Shown one piece after another: positions 50,176 to 62,370 of a DNA stretch of 62,370 nt. Each line of letters starts with the position of its first letter. The stretch's first letter is position 1. The DNA is from Chiloscyllium plagiosum (taxonomy: Eukaryota), in contig NC_057719.1 in assembly GCF_004010195.1 (NCBI RefSeq), positions 15,686,257 through 15,748,626 of the forward strand, given 5' to 3'. The position numbers and the translations under genes were made by a program. The notes under the pieces were generated by a model. The model was not told the DNA's origin, ran no database searches, and saw nothing but the letters and a program-made list of their open reading frames with translations.

Positions 50176-50359
50176 CTTTTTAAATGAAGTCAGTTAGGGA
50201 CAGACTCAAGGTAGCAATTTTCGAACAACGTTTATGGCTAGTGTTTATGACACCCCCCACCTCCCCAAACATCATAAAAAGGATTTAGTTCTCAATACAC
50301 AATTCTATAAGTGTCATTCTTCATCATTCCTCCTCTTCAATGTTCAAGCAGGCCATTAC

Positions 50360-50492
50360 CTGGTACATGCTCCAGGTGAAGGAAGACTGCATCATCACTC
50401 ACATAATACTGCAGGAGTTGCACCATAAATGGAACACCCTGTGGTATTATTGTCGGACATTCACGATTCACCAGGCTACATTTGGGTAGACT
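50360..50492 (-). CDS. RPS6KL1: RPS6KL1 coding exon 5, 133 nt
   Basis: cctatAG|AGTCTA ... CCAG|GTaatg. Translates [44 protein letters not shown]. Confidence 0.94.
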
Positions 50493-51849
50493 CTATAGGA
50501 AGAGAAAGTAGAATTTGTTGGAATTTGCCTTCTTGTACCACATATAACCCACAGCTAAACCACAGGACAGCTAACTTTCTCCAGTCACGAAAACCAGCCA
50601 TTGGCGAGAAGCATGAAGAACAACTTTGCTTCACTTTCCTCATAGCCTCTGCTCAGTATTTTAAACTTAAGAAAACATCATTCATGCAAATTGATAATCC
50701 GAACACTCCATGGTATTATATTGTGTTTGCACTAAATAAACGGTTTCAGATCATTTTGCTGATTATACAGTGATGTGCCACAAATGTTAAAATGACAATG
50801 GCAAATATATTTCTGAGAACAAGAGAAATACTGATCTTAGGTAACTTTATCCAATTGTTTCAGGAGTTTAGCTGAAAAAAAAGTGAACAGAATGTAAGCA
50901 ATTAGGTGAATAAAAAATGAGGAAAGTGCAGAATTGAGATGAATAATGTCCTTTGTCAGTTTAAATCCCCAGTTTAGAACTTAAACACAATCTGGAATGA
51001 CACTTTCTGATGTGGAAATCCATTTCTCTTATCTCCATCAGGTAGGCAGCATTTAAATGTTAAAAAAGAGAGAGGCACACTCAATTCGGATGCATGTCAA
51101 TCAATTCAAATACATCAAATTTGAGGGTTCAGGTTTTAGAGCCAATCTTAAATTTCCAAACTCCACAATATAATGATGGTGTCCATGGATGCCAACTCTA
51201 AACTCAAACTACACTGCTTGGATGCAGAGGTATGTGGGGGCAAGAGGCTGTAAAGGGATGAAGAAAGATGCTCGAGGTTGCAAAACGAGAACCAATTTTA
51301 ATGTCAAAAAGAAATACACGGCTAACTAGAATGTATAAAACTTAAAAATTAGAGGGGTAATTAATTCCTTTTAAATTCCACATCTCGCTCAGGGCTGTAT
51401 ATATTCAGGAGCTACAACATGGCCAGCAAAATGTAGCAGATGTTATTATAATGAACACCACCAACTGTCAAATTTAAAATCGGAAATGGAGATCTAATAT
51501 GCACTAAACTTCCAGCTTTGTGCATATGGAATGAAAATACACTAACAGTGACCCCCACAGCCTATGGCAGGTGTGCTTAGGGTGTTGACTTTTTGTATGT
51601 AGAATTGTGTCGATTACTTCGAGGGAAAAAACCTTGTTGCTAACCTATGTCTTTTGACTTGTACCAATCTAAACACCATGTTCAGGTGGGTGTTACAACT
51701 TGAAGTTTAATACACAGTTCATAATTGTCAAAGGAAGTTCTAACTTTTTTTATAACTCTGCTTCTGCAGGTGTTAAATGCTGACAAATGATGCTACATAA
51801 ATGCATCACCTAGCAAGAATAAAAAGTAGTTCACAAAAATCAAAAACTA

Positions 51850-52995
51850 TAAGAATTATTACAGCGCAAAAAGACTATAAAGTCCACTGTGTCTGCACCA
51901 GCTCTACGAATAAGCGATTTGCAGCAAGTGGAATTTGATGGGGAAAAATCAGCAGCATCTTTGAAGAGAACAGAAGTGTTAACCTTTCAAGTCCAGTGAC
52001 CTTCTTCAGAACGTAATTTACATTGTTCCACTCTTCTGCCTTCTTCTCATAACCCTGCACACATTCTTCCTTTTCAGAAAATAATCAAAGTCCTTTTAAC
52101 GTACGTTCACCACAGTGAGACGAAGTACATTCCAGACTTCAATCACCTGCTAAAAAAAATGTTTTTTCCTCATATCACTTCTGTTTCTTTTTTCCAAGAA
52201 TTTCAATTTATGCCCGCTCATTCTCCATCTCTTCACTAATGGTAAGTTTCTTCCTTCTCTTTAGAGGGTCGGTGTGGGTTTGTTGGGCAGTCAGCCTGTT
52301 CACTCACCATAGGCATTGTATTCTATTCAGTTCCCTCATGATTTTGAATATCTCCATTAAGGGTCCTTTCAGCCATTTCTCCAAGGAAAATGGTCCTAAC
52401 TTCTCCACTCCACCTTCATAACTGAAATTCCTAATTTGGGATGATATTCTCTTTAAATCCTTTCTCCAATTTCTTCATACTCCAAAGTACAGCATGCAGA
52501 ACTATTCCAGCTAAGGCCAAGTAAGTGTTTTATGCAAATAAATATAGCCTCCTTGCTCTTATTTTCTATGCTTCCATTGATAAAACCAGGTTACTACATG
52601 CTTTATTAACTGCTCTCAGCCTGCCCTGTCACTTTCAACGGCTTATGCATTCAGGCACTGAGGCCCATCTGCTCCTGCACTCCATTTCAGGGTTGCGCCC
52701 TTTATTTTCTCTCCATGTTTCTCCTACCCAAATGAATTACCTTCCATTTCTTCACACTGAACTTCATCTGCCATCTGTCCATCCATTCCATCAAACCTGA
52801 AGTTCCATACTATTTTCCACACGGTTGGCAATGTGTCCAAATTATGTCGTCCACAAACCTGGAAACTGTGCCCTGTACACCAAGCTGTGTGTCATTTATT
52901 TGGATCAAGAAAAGCAAGGATCCCAAGACTAATTTCTGGGAGCATCCTCCTCCAGCCAAAAATGTCTATCAACTTCTACTCTCTACTTCCTATCG
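51850..52995 (-). mobile_element. Old CR1 fragment containing a small decayed Penelope-pLTR piece (~51940-52012)
   Basis: CR1 motifs (gaacttcatctgcca, gtcgtccacaaac). The insert reads CTGAAGA-A-GGTC-ACTG-GACT-TGAAAG on the - strand. Confidence 0.6.
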
Positions 52996-53703
52996 CTCAG
53001 TTCAAGAAAAGCTCAACAGCATTCCTTAAAAAGAAAAAAAAATACTGTGCGCCTTGATTTACCCTGAGACATATACTAACTTTTGTTAAGTGTGATAGCT
53101 TTAATCAATCCGATTAAGTAAAGAACTTGCTAGTAGACGAATGTGATCCTAGTTTATTAGTTGCTTCTTTGATCTTAGACCTTCTATTTTAGTCATGTAC
53201 CCTGCATGCCCATTTCCAGGACTTCAATGTTTTTGTCAAATTACACAATATCAGCCATAGACTTTCAGTGATGCATCAGTTCAACTAAACATTCTACTCA
53301 TTAAAATTGCTATGTCTGAAAGTGATGTCCTGATAAAACTGCCTACTGTTTATGTGGCATTTTCAGTATGACCACATAGATAATACATTTTACCCTAAAG
53401 AAAAAGATAAACAGCTGACTTTTAAAAAAAAAAGGAAAAAAGTAATTAATTGTCATGCAGAGTTTTGAAGGTTCAGATTTGTACTTTCAAATAGGTCCAA
53501 CTAATTAGGTTCACAATCATTGGCTCTTACACCAGTGACAGACATTTGTCAATCTAACAGATCAGGGACCACATCAAAACAAATTTTAACGTTATTAGCA
53601 AATGAACCTTGGATTTCATAATATTAAAATTTCCTTCCCCTCCCCAAGAAAAAAAGACATCTGGTCAGTAAATGTTTTATTTTGTTTTCTCCTCTCACCG
53701 GTT

Positions 53704-54041
53704 AACTGCATTAAATTCATAGGGGTCTCCACCTCATTAGTCATCTTCACAGACAAGATCAATAGAAGGAAAAGACTTTTGCCATGATATCAGTCCAACT
53801 TACCTTAGTGCAAAATGTGGATAAAATCAAAGTTAATTGTGCAAAATGCAACCCTCTGACAGATGAGCAATAGCTAGATACGATTGTCCAACATACACCA
53901 AAAGTAACCATATTCCAATGCCTGAAATGTAATATTCAGTAAGGTAAGTTGGATTGATATCATGGCAAAAGTCTTTTCCTTGTACTGATCTTGTCTGTGA
54001 AGATGACTAATGAGGTGGAGAACTCTGATTTTTATGCAGTT
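53704..54041. repeat. Long inverted repeat (~105-bp arms, ~126-bp spacer) in an RPS6KL1 intron
   Basis: 53704-53810 is the reverse complement of 53937-54041, including a perfect block ctccacctcattagtcatcttcacagacaagatca / tgatcttgtctgtgaagatgactaatgaggtggag. Confidence 0.93.
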
Positions 54042-54568
54042 CAAAACCCATTACAGACCTATCTTTTCCTAGTTCAGATGAAATGTCATCAACCCTAAAC
54101 CTTAACTCTATTCCCCTCTCCATAGCTGCTGTTCCCAATTAATATTTTCAGTATTTTCTGTTTTCATTTGAGACGGACATGTTTTGCATGGTATTTCACC
54201 ATACTCATTACCTTGCATTTTCATCAGTCACTGCAGTTATGTATTAATAGCATGCAATGACTATGCATTTTTAATATAATAAAGTGTCGTAAGGGTCACC
54301 GAAACTACTGTCAAACAAAATTTGACTGAGTCACATAAGATATTAGAATTCTGGTCAGAGGTAGATTTCATGTTGTGTCTTAAAGAGTTTGAAAGAGTCA
54401 AAAGCAATTCCAGAATTTAAGACCAAAGCAATCGAAAGCACAACCAATGAAAACTTTTCAATATAACTTTGGAGGACAATGCAATTGCACACTATCTTTA
54501 ATGCCAGTGCCAAACAGCTGACCTTTTACTGGTAACATTCCTTGTCAGTTTGTAATTCATATACCTAC

Positions 54569-54616
54569 TTTCACTATGAAGGGCTCCTTTGTGGTTGGAT
54601 TCTGGACCAACAGCAC
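54569..54616 (-). CDS. RPS6KL1: RPS6KL1 coding exon 4, 48 nt
   Basis: ctgtttAG|GTGCTG ... GTGAAA|GTaggt. Translates VLLVQNPTTKEPFIVK, which includes the beta3 Lys. Confidence 0.92.
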
Positions 54617-55523
54617 CTAAACAGAAGTGGGAAGGAAACATGTTTATTGATTTACTTAACTTTAGTGAGTATAAGGCAGGTAGTTTTAAAATGGAGTGAG
54701 ACAAGGGAATCTTTCTCACAAATGAGTGATGGTCTCCCACACACAAGGACCAAAGCTCCACTCAAAGTGGAGGTACTCAAAAACTACGTCTTTTTTACTC
54801 TCATCTCTGTTGCATAGAGGGCCAGAGCTGTGGGGTTTTGAAAGTCCAAAAACTGCACACACCTGTTAAATGCTCCAGGAAAGCAGAACTTGTGGGCAGA
54901 CTAAAAAGTGATAACGAAAAAGGAGGAAACAGTAATAAGAGAGAAAAACTGCAAGGAAACATTTTTTACTAATTTCTAAAGAAACCTAAAAGAAATATAT
55001 CAGGAGCATGGGGACAAAAATTATAGAAATGACGGCATAGGGAAGAAAAATAATAATCTGCTCTTAATTTGCATTTTCAACAGAGATGTCCGAATATTAG
55101 AATAAACCAAAAGTACATAAAGAATTAACAAAGTTCAACCTTTGCATGTTACATGGGATCAACTACTTTGTCAAAAAAAACTCTGGTCTTACCATGATAA
55201 AAACCTCTCATTTTCCAAGGAGTATTTTTATGCTTAGATGCATTTAGTACATTAACCATTAACAGAAATTTTTATTTGCATTAGAATTGCAATAACTTTG
55301 CTGAGAAAACATTTAATTGCTAAACTGTGAAAAAACAACAATAATTTAGTCATTAGGGATAAAATGATTCTTGAATTTTTTTGGCAGATATGTCAATTCT
55401 TAGGGTCCAATCTAGATCACCTTTGTCTCCCCCACTGGGATATGTTCCACTTGTTGAGAAACACTGATGTACAACTCAATTATCTCAGATCAACTTAACA
55501 TTGAGATTTCCAAAGTTATTATC

Positions 55524-55836
55524 TGGGCGGCACAGTGCTTCGCACTGCTGCCTCACAGCGCCAGAGACCCGGGTTCAGTTCCTGCCTCAGGCGACTGACT
55601 GTGTGGAGTTTGCACATTCTCCCCGTGTCTGCGTGGGTTTCCTCCAGGTGCTCCGGTTTCCTCCCACAGTCCAAAAATGTGCAGGTGAGGTGAACTGGCC
55701 ATGCTAAATTGTCCATAGTGTTAGGTGCAGTGGTAAATGTAGGGGAATGAGTCTGGGTGGGTGCACTTCGGCGGGTCGGTGTGGACTTGTTGGACCGAAG
55801 GGCCTGTTTCCACGCCGTAAGTAATCTAAATCTAAA
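55524..55836 (+). mobile_element. HE1-type SINE (well preserved, CpGs retained)
   Basis: GGGCGGCAC...CGGGTTCAGTTCC head, family body, and tail ...gtaatctaaatctaaatc. Confidence 0.88.
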
Positions 55837-56205
55837 TCCTTAATATCGATTACTGTTTATTAGTTGGAACAACCATATAGATAACCAAGAGAGAATCTTC
55901 TTTGGGTTATAAGAAACAAGTTGTTTTACACAGATGGTGGTTCTCATGTGGATGCGGGTAGAATTACAATGTTTAGAAGACTTTTGGATGGATACATGAA
56001 TAGGAAAGGTTTGGAGGGATATGGGCCAAGAGCAGGCAGGTAGGACTAGTTTAGTTTGGAACTATGTTCAGCATGGATTGGTGGCTTTGACGAGTCTGTT
56101 TCCAAGTTTTATAACTATGACAAAAGAAAAAAGTACCAGTAGACTTCAATTTTAAAATATTATTGATATATGTTAAATCCACAATTGACTTACAAGAGCC
56201 TTTTA

Positions 56206-56422
56206 CAGGTAGCCCCCACTATCAAAAGTGGGACGTTCCCAGGAAACATTTTGCAAGCTGAAAATAGTGTAAAACGAAGGTCCATGATTTATGGGAAAAA
56301 AAATCACCGTTTTTCATAAAAGTGAAAATCCTCTTCAGGTTTGTGAAAACAGTTACCAATTTAGCTCTTACATAAAAGCTAAGTTGCATAAAGCGAACGT
56401 TCGAAAAGCAGGGGATTACCTG
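56206..56422. mobile_element. Probable Tigger-like MITE
   Basis: TA|CAGGTAGCCCC ... GGGGATTACCTG|TA termini. Confidence 0.55.
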
Positions 56423-56501
56423 TATTACAAATCAAGGACACTGCAGCATTTGTTGTCAAAGTGTATGCCATAGCAAGTGGAGGAGAAGGTCTAAACATTA
56501 C

Positions 56502-56594
56502 CTTGTCAATGATTGCTATGACTTTGGATGTTTTCAGGTTCTCTACAGGTGAACTGAGAATTCTATTTGGCCGAAACCTCAGGCTACTGAAGCC
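56502..56594 (-). CDS. RPS6KL1: RPS6KL1 coding exon 3, 93 nt
   Basis: tttgtAG|GGCTTC ... GACAAG|GTaatg. Translates GFSSLRFRPNRILSSPVENLKTSKVIAIIDK. Not in the ORF track; found by reading the - strand. Confidence 0.93.
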
Positions 56595-57227
56595 CTACAA
56601 ATGATGAAAAAAGAAAGGTAGTTCACACCGTTATTAACAAAAGCTAACTTCAAACGTAAAAGAATCAATTAATCATTTGATACATTATGCACAAGTAGAC
56701 ATACTTTTACAGTGCAAGATTGTCCTCAGAATACTTGAAAGAACAGTGTAAAAGATCTTGCTCCAGATAGTCTGGGGAGCAGCACATACTGGGGTTGTCT
56801 ACTGGATTGTACGGAATCCTCAAAGCACTCAGTGAGAAAGCCCAGGAAATTCAAACTTCTGATGGGCAAATGAGCTGGACCTAAAACAATCTGAAAACGT
56901 CCCTCAGAGTTAGACAATTCAGAGGGTTCAGACAAGCTTAGTAGTGCTCCAAGAAAAGTTGAGAATTAAATACCTTTTCTCACTGTTGAGTAACTGTTAT
57001 TCTGAGATCTGTCTTCTGCTAATGGATTTGTGAATTTCTGAATAGGCCCCTAACAGGAGATCTTCTCCAAGAATCTCCAGTGTAGTTTTTAAAGTTGGTA
57101 ATTTTTAAATCTGATCAGCATTGGCAGATCAGGCTTCTGATCCTGACTGGAACAACTGGACCCTTTGAGTCCACCCCTACATATGACTTGGACATGCTAG
57201 ATATGGAGAATGGTGTGGTCATAAAGG

Positions 57228-57565
57228 TCAACTTCACCAGTTCCCTCATCTCACCTACCCCTACCTCATCCTAGATCCAACCTCTAACTCAGCACCGCTC
57301 TCTTGACCTGTCCATCTTCCTTCCTATCTATCTGCTCCATTCCCTCCACCGACCTATCACTATCAACCCCCAAACCACATCAACCTATTGTTTTCGCCCC
57401 CAGCATTTATCTCTCAGCCCCTTTTCCCCCCTCCACATTCCTATGAAGAGCTTACACTCAGACATCGATTCTTCTGCTCCTCTGATGCTACCTGACTTGC
57501 TGTGCTTTTGTAGTGCCACACTTTTCGACTCCAACTCTCCAGCATCTGCAGTCCTACTTTCTCCC
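57228..57565 (+). mobile_element. Penelope-like element 3' end/pLTR (decayed hammerhead core)
   Basis: C-rich segment and tail ...ctccagcatctgcagtcctactttctcc, which is the reverse complement of 28941-28970. The core is degraded (ctatgaagagcttacactcagacatc). Confidence 0.78.
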
Positions 57566-58244
57566 ATCAACTAATATAACCTAAAGTCCCATTACATATT
57601 TTAAAAGAAACAGGCATCACAGAAGAAATGTATAACTTTCATCAACATGAAAATAGCACAGTGGTGTGCTCATAAACACTTGTAAATAGTATGATGAGAT
57701 GAAAAATTCTACCATTTGAATTAAAATTGCCTTCTGCCACTTATGATTATTCAAAATTAATAGACTTAACCATAAACACTATACATATTTATATGGGGGA
57801 AAGTATGATATATATGATGGATTAAGACCACACATAGTTTTAAATAAACATCATAGGTTCAGCCTTGATGACTATCTGGATGCAAATAACCCAACCTTCT
57901 CAAATGTAAAATCAGTACTCTATCCAGTACAGTTCAATTGGATGCACAACTGTATGCTTTCCAGGATTAATCATTCTGAGCCAAATAATGGGTTAACAGA
58001 GGAATATTATATGGATGACACCAGTCTTCAAATGTCCTAACATAACAAATATTCATGGGAGTGGTCACAGCAATTCACAGATCCCAGTGAGAGAAAAGAT
58101 CCAAGGCTAGTCTAACATTAGAAGAGAGAAATCTTAGGAAAAAGGACTGAATTTTTCACAAGAACTCAGCCTGCTCTCCATCCCAGTGAATTTCGTACTA
58201 CAACACTTAACATCAGTTGCCAGATTCTGTGCAACTCTTCATAC

Positions 58245-58369
58245 CCCAGAATCGTCGGTACCATTTCCTAAGCTTCCCTGTAAGTGAGAGTTGAATATTT
58301 CCTCAGCTCGCTTCAAATACTGGGTTGTTTTTCGTTTCACAGCTTCACGGCGCTCTTTGTTTGGATCAA
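58245..58369 (-). CDS. RPS6KL1: RPS6KL1 coding exon 2, 125 nt (MIT domain C-half)
   Basis: ttacAG|TTGATCCA ... TCTGGG|GTatga. Translates (V)[41 protein letters not shown]. Confidence 0.95.
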
Positions 58370-60558
58370 CTGTAACAAAAAAAAGCAGAACAATGAAAGT
58401 TGCTTGAGCCAGAACAATCAACGAATTAGGTGAGTGGCACACAATCTTCACATCTGATGATTGAGAAATTGATTGTTCTGTGCCAACATTGGAAGAAATG
58501 CATAATGCAAGAATGACCCTCCATCACCACAAAGATTTGGAAATATTAGGGGCTCAAATTACGTGGCTAAGTTAAAACTATAAGAGATAGGAGCAGGCCC
58601 ATTAAGTCTGCACTACAATTCAATAAGGTCAGGGCTGATCTATTGTGGCCTCAACGCCTCTTTCCTGCACATCTCCCATAACCCTCATTTCCATTGTAGA
58701 TCAAAGTCTGCCCAACCCTGTCCTAAAAATATTTAGTCACCCAACCTTCACGTTCCCCAGGGTATAAGTGCTAAGTCTCACTATTTCTGATAAGACAACT
58801 CAGGATTCGTTTGCATCGGCATAATTGTCTCCAATCACAGTCAACTGCACCCTCTTTGCCAACAGACAAGGAGATAGTTCAAGACTTCGGAACTATAAAT
58901 GTAATGGCCCTGACAACCTAATAAAAACAATTTTACGATTCCAGGTACAAATCACATTTTGGAAACCCATGATAGCTCTCCAATTCACATCAAGAAGAAT
59001 CACCTGCTTGGAAAGCAAGGATGCTACTTAGAAGAACATGGCATATTTACAGCACTGAAGGGAACTGTCTATGCAAGCGATAAAAAATGTTATCCAGCTT
59101 AATCCCCACTTTTCAGATTCTGGATCTGCAACATGTACACTTAGAACACTATAACTTAAATTTTAAAAAGGACAATCAGAATTTTGTTTCTATCATCCTT
59201 TCAGGCAGAAACAAAATTCTGATTGTCTCAGAAAGCAGTGGAGGACGGGTCATTAAGAATACTTTTAATTCAGAGGTAAGTAAATTCTTGATAGGCAAAA
59301 GGAAATGGGAGGTAGTGGAGAATGTGGAATTCTAAAAAAACAGATCAGATCTTAGTGAACGGTGGAGACTCTTGATGGGTCAAATTGGACACTACTGCTC
59401 CCAAATGGTATGCGTGCATGTACATCCATGATGCTAATTTGGAATCACAAATGAAATAACTAATTGCTGAGACAGCAAAATTGTACAATACCAGATTTAG
59501 CTGTTGTTCACCATGCAAACAATATGTATCAACTTTCAATATTTTCACTCTAGGCATTTATTCTGAATTTTCATCTTCTTGCTACATCTCTTGTTACTGC
59601 ACTAATGTAACTTTCTCATATTTAAAATAACATGTCGTTTGATTATCAATTTTTTCCCCAAATATATTTATTGACTCTATGGTATGTTGCAGACCCTGGG
59701 TAGTGCAAAACATCAAGCAGCTCACCAAAGAAGCCCTCATCTACCTTTGAGCTTGTAGAGTGAAATCACCAGGCTGCTCAATATGGAAAACATCCCGAAT
59801 AAGTGCCATCCTGTCTTGTACAAACTCAGAGTGAGCAGACTAATCTCTGTCACCATGATATAGAGGCACTGAAATCAATTATAGCTTTCCACAAAGGACT
59901 CTCCCTCAGGATCAGTTGATTTGTTATGCTTTAGGCAAAGCTAGTTAGCCTAGTCAAGCACCACCTCTCTTTTTTTAAACTAATTATATATATTAATAAA
60001 AGGTAAAAGCAGTACTGACAACTTCATGGAAAAGGAAGAAAGCACTCAATCTTTCCTACATTGATCATGCAGAAGTGGCATGTTATATTTCAAGTCTATT
60101 CAAACGAGTTATTGGTTTAAAAAGTTAAATTATCCAGATCCAATTGTTCTTCTACTGTCCTGAATGTAGTAATGTAAGTCAGGGACTGTAACCCTAAGCA
60201 ATCTGATTAAGCTGACCACGTTCATCACTATCCTGGTGGGAATCATTACCTCAGTACAGATGCATGATCAAAACTGGAACCAATCAGACTGATATGACTC
60301 AGTACCATTACAGGTAATAGATTTACAGAATGAGTCATCACTGATGATCAACAAATGATAGACTTGCCAAGTCATGTGAATAATTAAATTCACTGAGCAA
60401 AAGAGGACTCCAAAACGTTTGTGCTACAAAGATTTCTATAGGACAGCCTGAACTTCAATAATAAATACATGCACATTTTGGTCTTCATCCTTAAGAAACT
60501 AACCTATTCCAAATTACTGTGGATTAAAACATTTGGGAGCACTAAATGAAATGTATAC

Positions 60559-60841
60559 CTTGCACTCCCTTCAGGAGCAGATCCACACCATTCTTGTAAT
60601 AGTTAAACGCAGCCTCGTAATCCTCATTAACCTCTCTGTCCAAGGCTAAGCGGATCTGCTTCGCCGCATCAACAAGGTAGTCTCTTTTGGTCGTTGTGCT
60701 TCTGGTTGCGTGCTGGGTCTCTGAGATACTGGGAGATACTCTGCTCCGGATCTGCTCCAAGTAGACACGGGCCTGAGACAGGGGACGAGAGCAGGGTTCA
60801 GCATCTTGTCCAGGTGGCCTCCCTCCAGGGAGGCTGTACAT
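60559..60841 (-). CDS. RPS6KL1: RPS6KL1 coding exon 1 (N-terminus and start of MIT domain); the exon extends 5' to an acceptor at 60922
   Basis: accATG at 60841 with an in-frame TGA upstream. Translates MYSLP...[21 protein letters not shown]...[43 protein letters not shown], resembling human RPS6KL1. Donor G|GTATAC, phase 1. Upstream acceptor with pyrimidine tract ...gactAG. Confidence 0.93.
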
Positions 60842-60851
60842 GGTCAGTGTT

Positions 60852-60896
60852 TCAGTGCACACAGGCTCTTTCGCACTCAGTCCTGCTCAGCACCAT
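60852..60896 (-). promoter_or_regulatory. Upstream ORF (14 aa, [14 protein letters not shown]) in the RPS6KL1 5'UTR
   Basis: gcaATGG (G at -3, G at +4) at 60896 and TGA at 60854-60852. Out of frame with the main ATG and ends 10 nt before it, within the same exon. Confidence 0.7.
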
Positions 60897-62234
60897 TGCA
60901 GCCGAAATTGAAATCAATCAGCCTAGTCAAATGACAAGAGCAGAAAAACAGAAAAGTTAATTACAGCCTTCAATTTTATTTCATGTTATGATAAAAATGG
61001 GAGGCATGGAACACTTCTAACTCGATCTGCAACAATCATTCCCTGAAGGGGAATGTGCACAGAATCTCTATATTTTGTGGTAAGCCTGTCCAACTCTTTG
61101 CCATAGAAGGGCAGGTCCAATAGTATTATTTCCATTTCAGATAATTATCATCATTTTGTCCTTCAAGATTGATAATTTCTCACAACTGTACTGAACAAGT
61201 GTTTTCATAGTTAGTACTTTGAGACCACCCACCTTTAATTAACCCACATAGATGTTAAACTAGATAGATTACAGAAGCACAAAATACAAAAGGCAACATC
61301 AACTACAATAAAGATATGAAAATTGGCAATTAAGTTTCCAAAGAAATTTCACAACGAGGTAGCAATGATAGTGTGCCTTCAACAGGTTTCCTCTGCATAT
61401 ACCTTAAACAATGATCTAAATCATCAAATTGAAAAGCATTTCTGTTCATATCAAGCCCTTTTACATCACAGTTTTTCACCTACTTGGACAATGAGTACAC
61501 TGTCAGCTGCATACCTGGCTGAAATTGCTACTTCATCAAATGTGCAAGTTTAATAAAAAACATTTGTGTCACACTTTCAGGAGCACAAACTATCTGAAAG
61601 TGTTTTGGAGTCCATTTTTTAAAAAAAATACACCCATTACAATTGAACTCAAATGTAGGAGAAGCTATTACAAACAGCACTAAGATAAATGGGCAGACAA
61701 TCTAACTTTTTCATAAACAAACAAATGATGCTATTTAATAAGGATTGTGGAAAATGTTGAACTAGGGACAATAATAATAAAAGGTAATAAGTGTCCAAGT
61801 CTGAATTGTACGTGATCTGAATAGGATCATGGTGGCAATGCCGTCATTTTTCCTTTGAGGTGAAGCAAATCAGAAGTTTGAATGGTGCTGTTGAAGAAAC
61901 AATGCAAGTTGTTTCATTTCAATCGCATACCTATCTGTACATGGGTAATGCAGGAAGTGGATGGGGTGCCATTCAAGTAGATTGCTTTGCCCTGAATGGA
62001 TGGCACTGAGCTTTTGGCATGTTATTGAAGTTGCACCCAATTAGGCAAGTAGGCAATATTTCATTACACTGCCAGCAATCAGAAGGTAACTCACTAGTTG
62101 TAAGATACCCAACCTTACCTTTGACTTAAGGTTACAAGTTTATACAGTTCATGCAGTTTCTTAACAATGGTGATTCCTCAGGTGATGGAGACAGTGAGGT
62201 ATTAGTAATAACTAGACTAGAAATCCAGAGGTGG

Positions 62235-62370
62235 ATGCTGGATTAGTGGTGCTGGAAGAGCACAGCAGTTCAGGCAGCATCCAAGGAGCAGTGAAATCGA
62301 CGTTTCGGGCAAAAGCCCTTCATTAGGAATAAAGGCAGAGAGCCTGAAGCATGGAGAGATAAGCTAGAGG
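62235..62370 (-). mobile_element. Penelope pLTR derivative running off the window end
   Basis: The - strand reads CTAATGA-A-GGGC-TTTT-GCCC-GAAA-CGTC at 62326-62299. Tail similar to 28985-29030. Confidence 0.78.

Noticed and set aside
60542..60862. Gene call RPS6KC1, or a start at 60862
   Set aside because: 60862 is a GTG and there is an in-frame stop upstream, so no PX domain can be joined through the 60922 acceptor. The N-terminal peptide and the position next to DLST fit RPS6KL1.
1..62370. CRISPR arrays, operons or other prokaryotic systems
   Set aside because: The window has spliceosomal gene structures and vertebrate retroelements throughout, and no regularly spaced direct repeats were seen.

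Overview
This is eukaryotic (vertebrate) genomic DNA. The repeat content (HE1-type SINEs, HER1/CR1 LINEs, Penelope-derived elements) points to a shark or other cartilaginous fish; that assignment is inference. Two genes lie tail-to-tail, in the same order and orientation as at human 14q24.3. On the + strand are the last two coding exons of DLST (936-1103, 2277-2411). On the - strand is a complete 10-coding-exon RPS6KL1 (MIT domain plus split pseudokinase; 60841 down to 36315; 2562 nt, 853 aa as assembled by hand from GT-AG boundaries). The ~34 kb between the stop codons, and the introns, are filled with decayed and nested CR1, Rex/Babar, L1, SINE and MITE copies. Most notable: (1) several Penelope-like element derivatives carrying minimal hammerhead-ribozyme cores with covarying stem II, three with 13-15 bp target-site duplications and two folded into hairpins with the ribozyme in the loop; (2) a ~105-bp intronic inverted repeat whose loop is a candidate poison exon of RPS6KL1, with its donor buried in the stem; (3) a 909-bp internally deleted L1 with intact 5' end and a 15-bp TSD; (4) a templated copy of RPS6KL1 3'UTR sequence pasted into a nearby LINE; (5) a strong-Kozak uORF just before the RPS6KL1 start. 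Repeat boundaries are approximate unless a TSD is quoted. No database searches were run.
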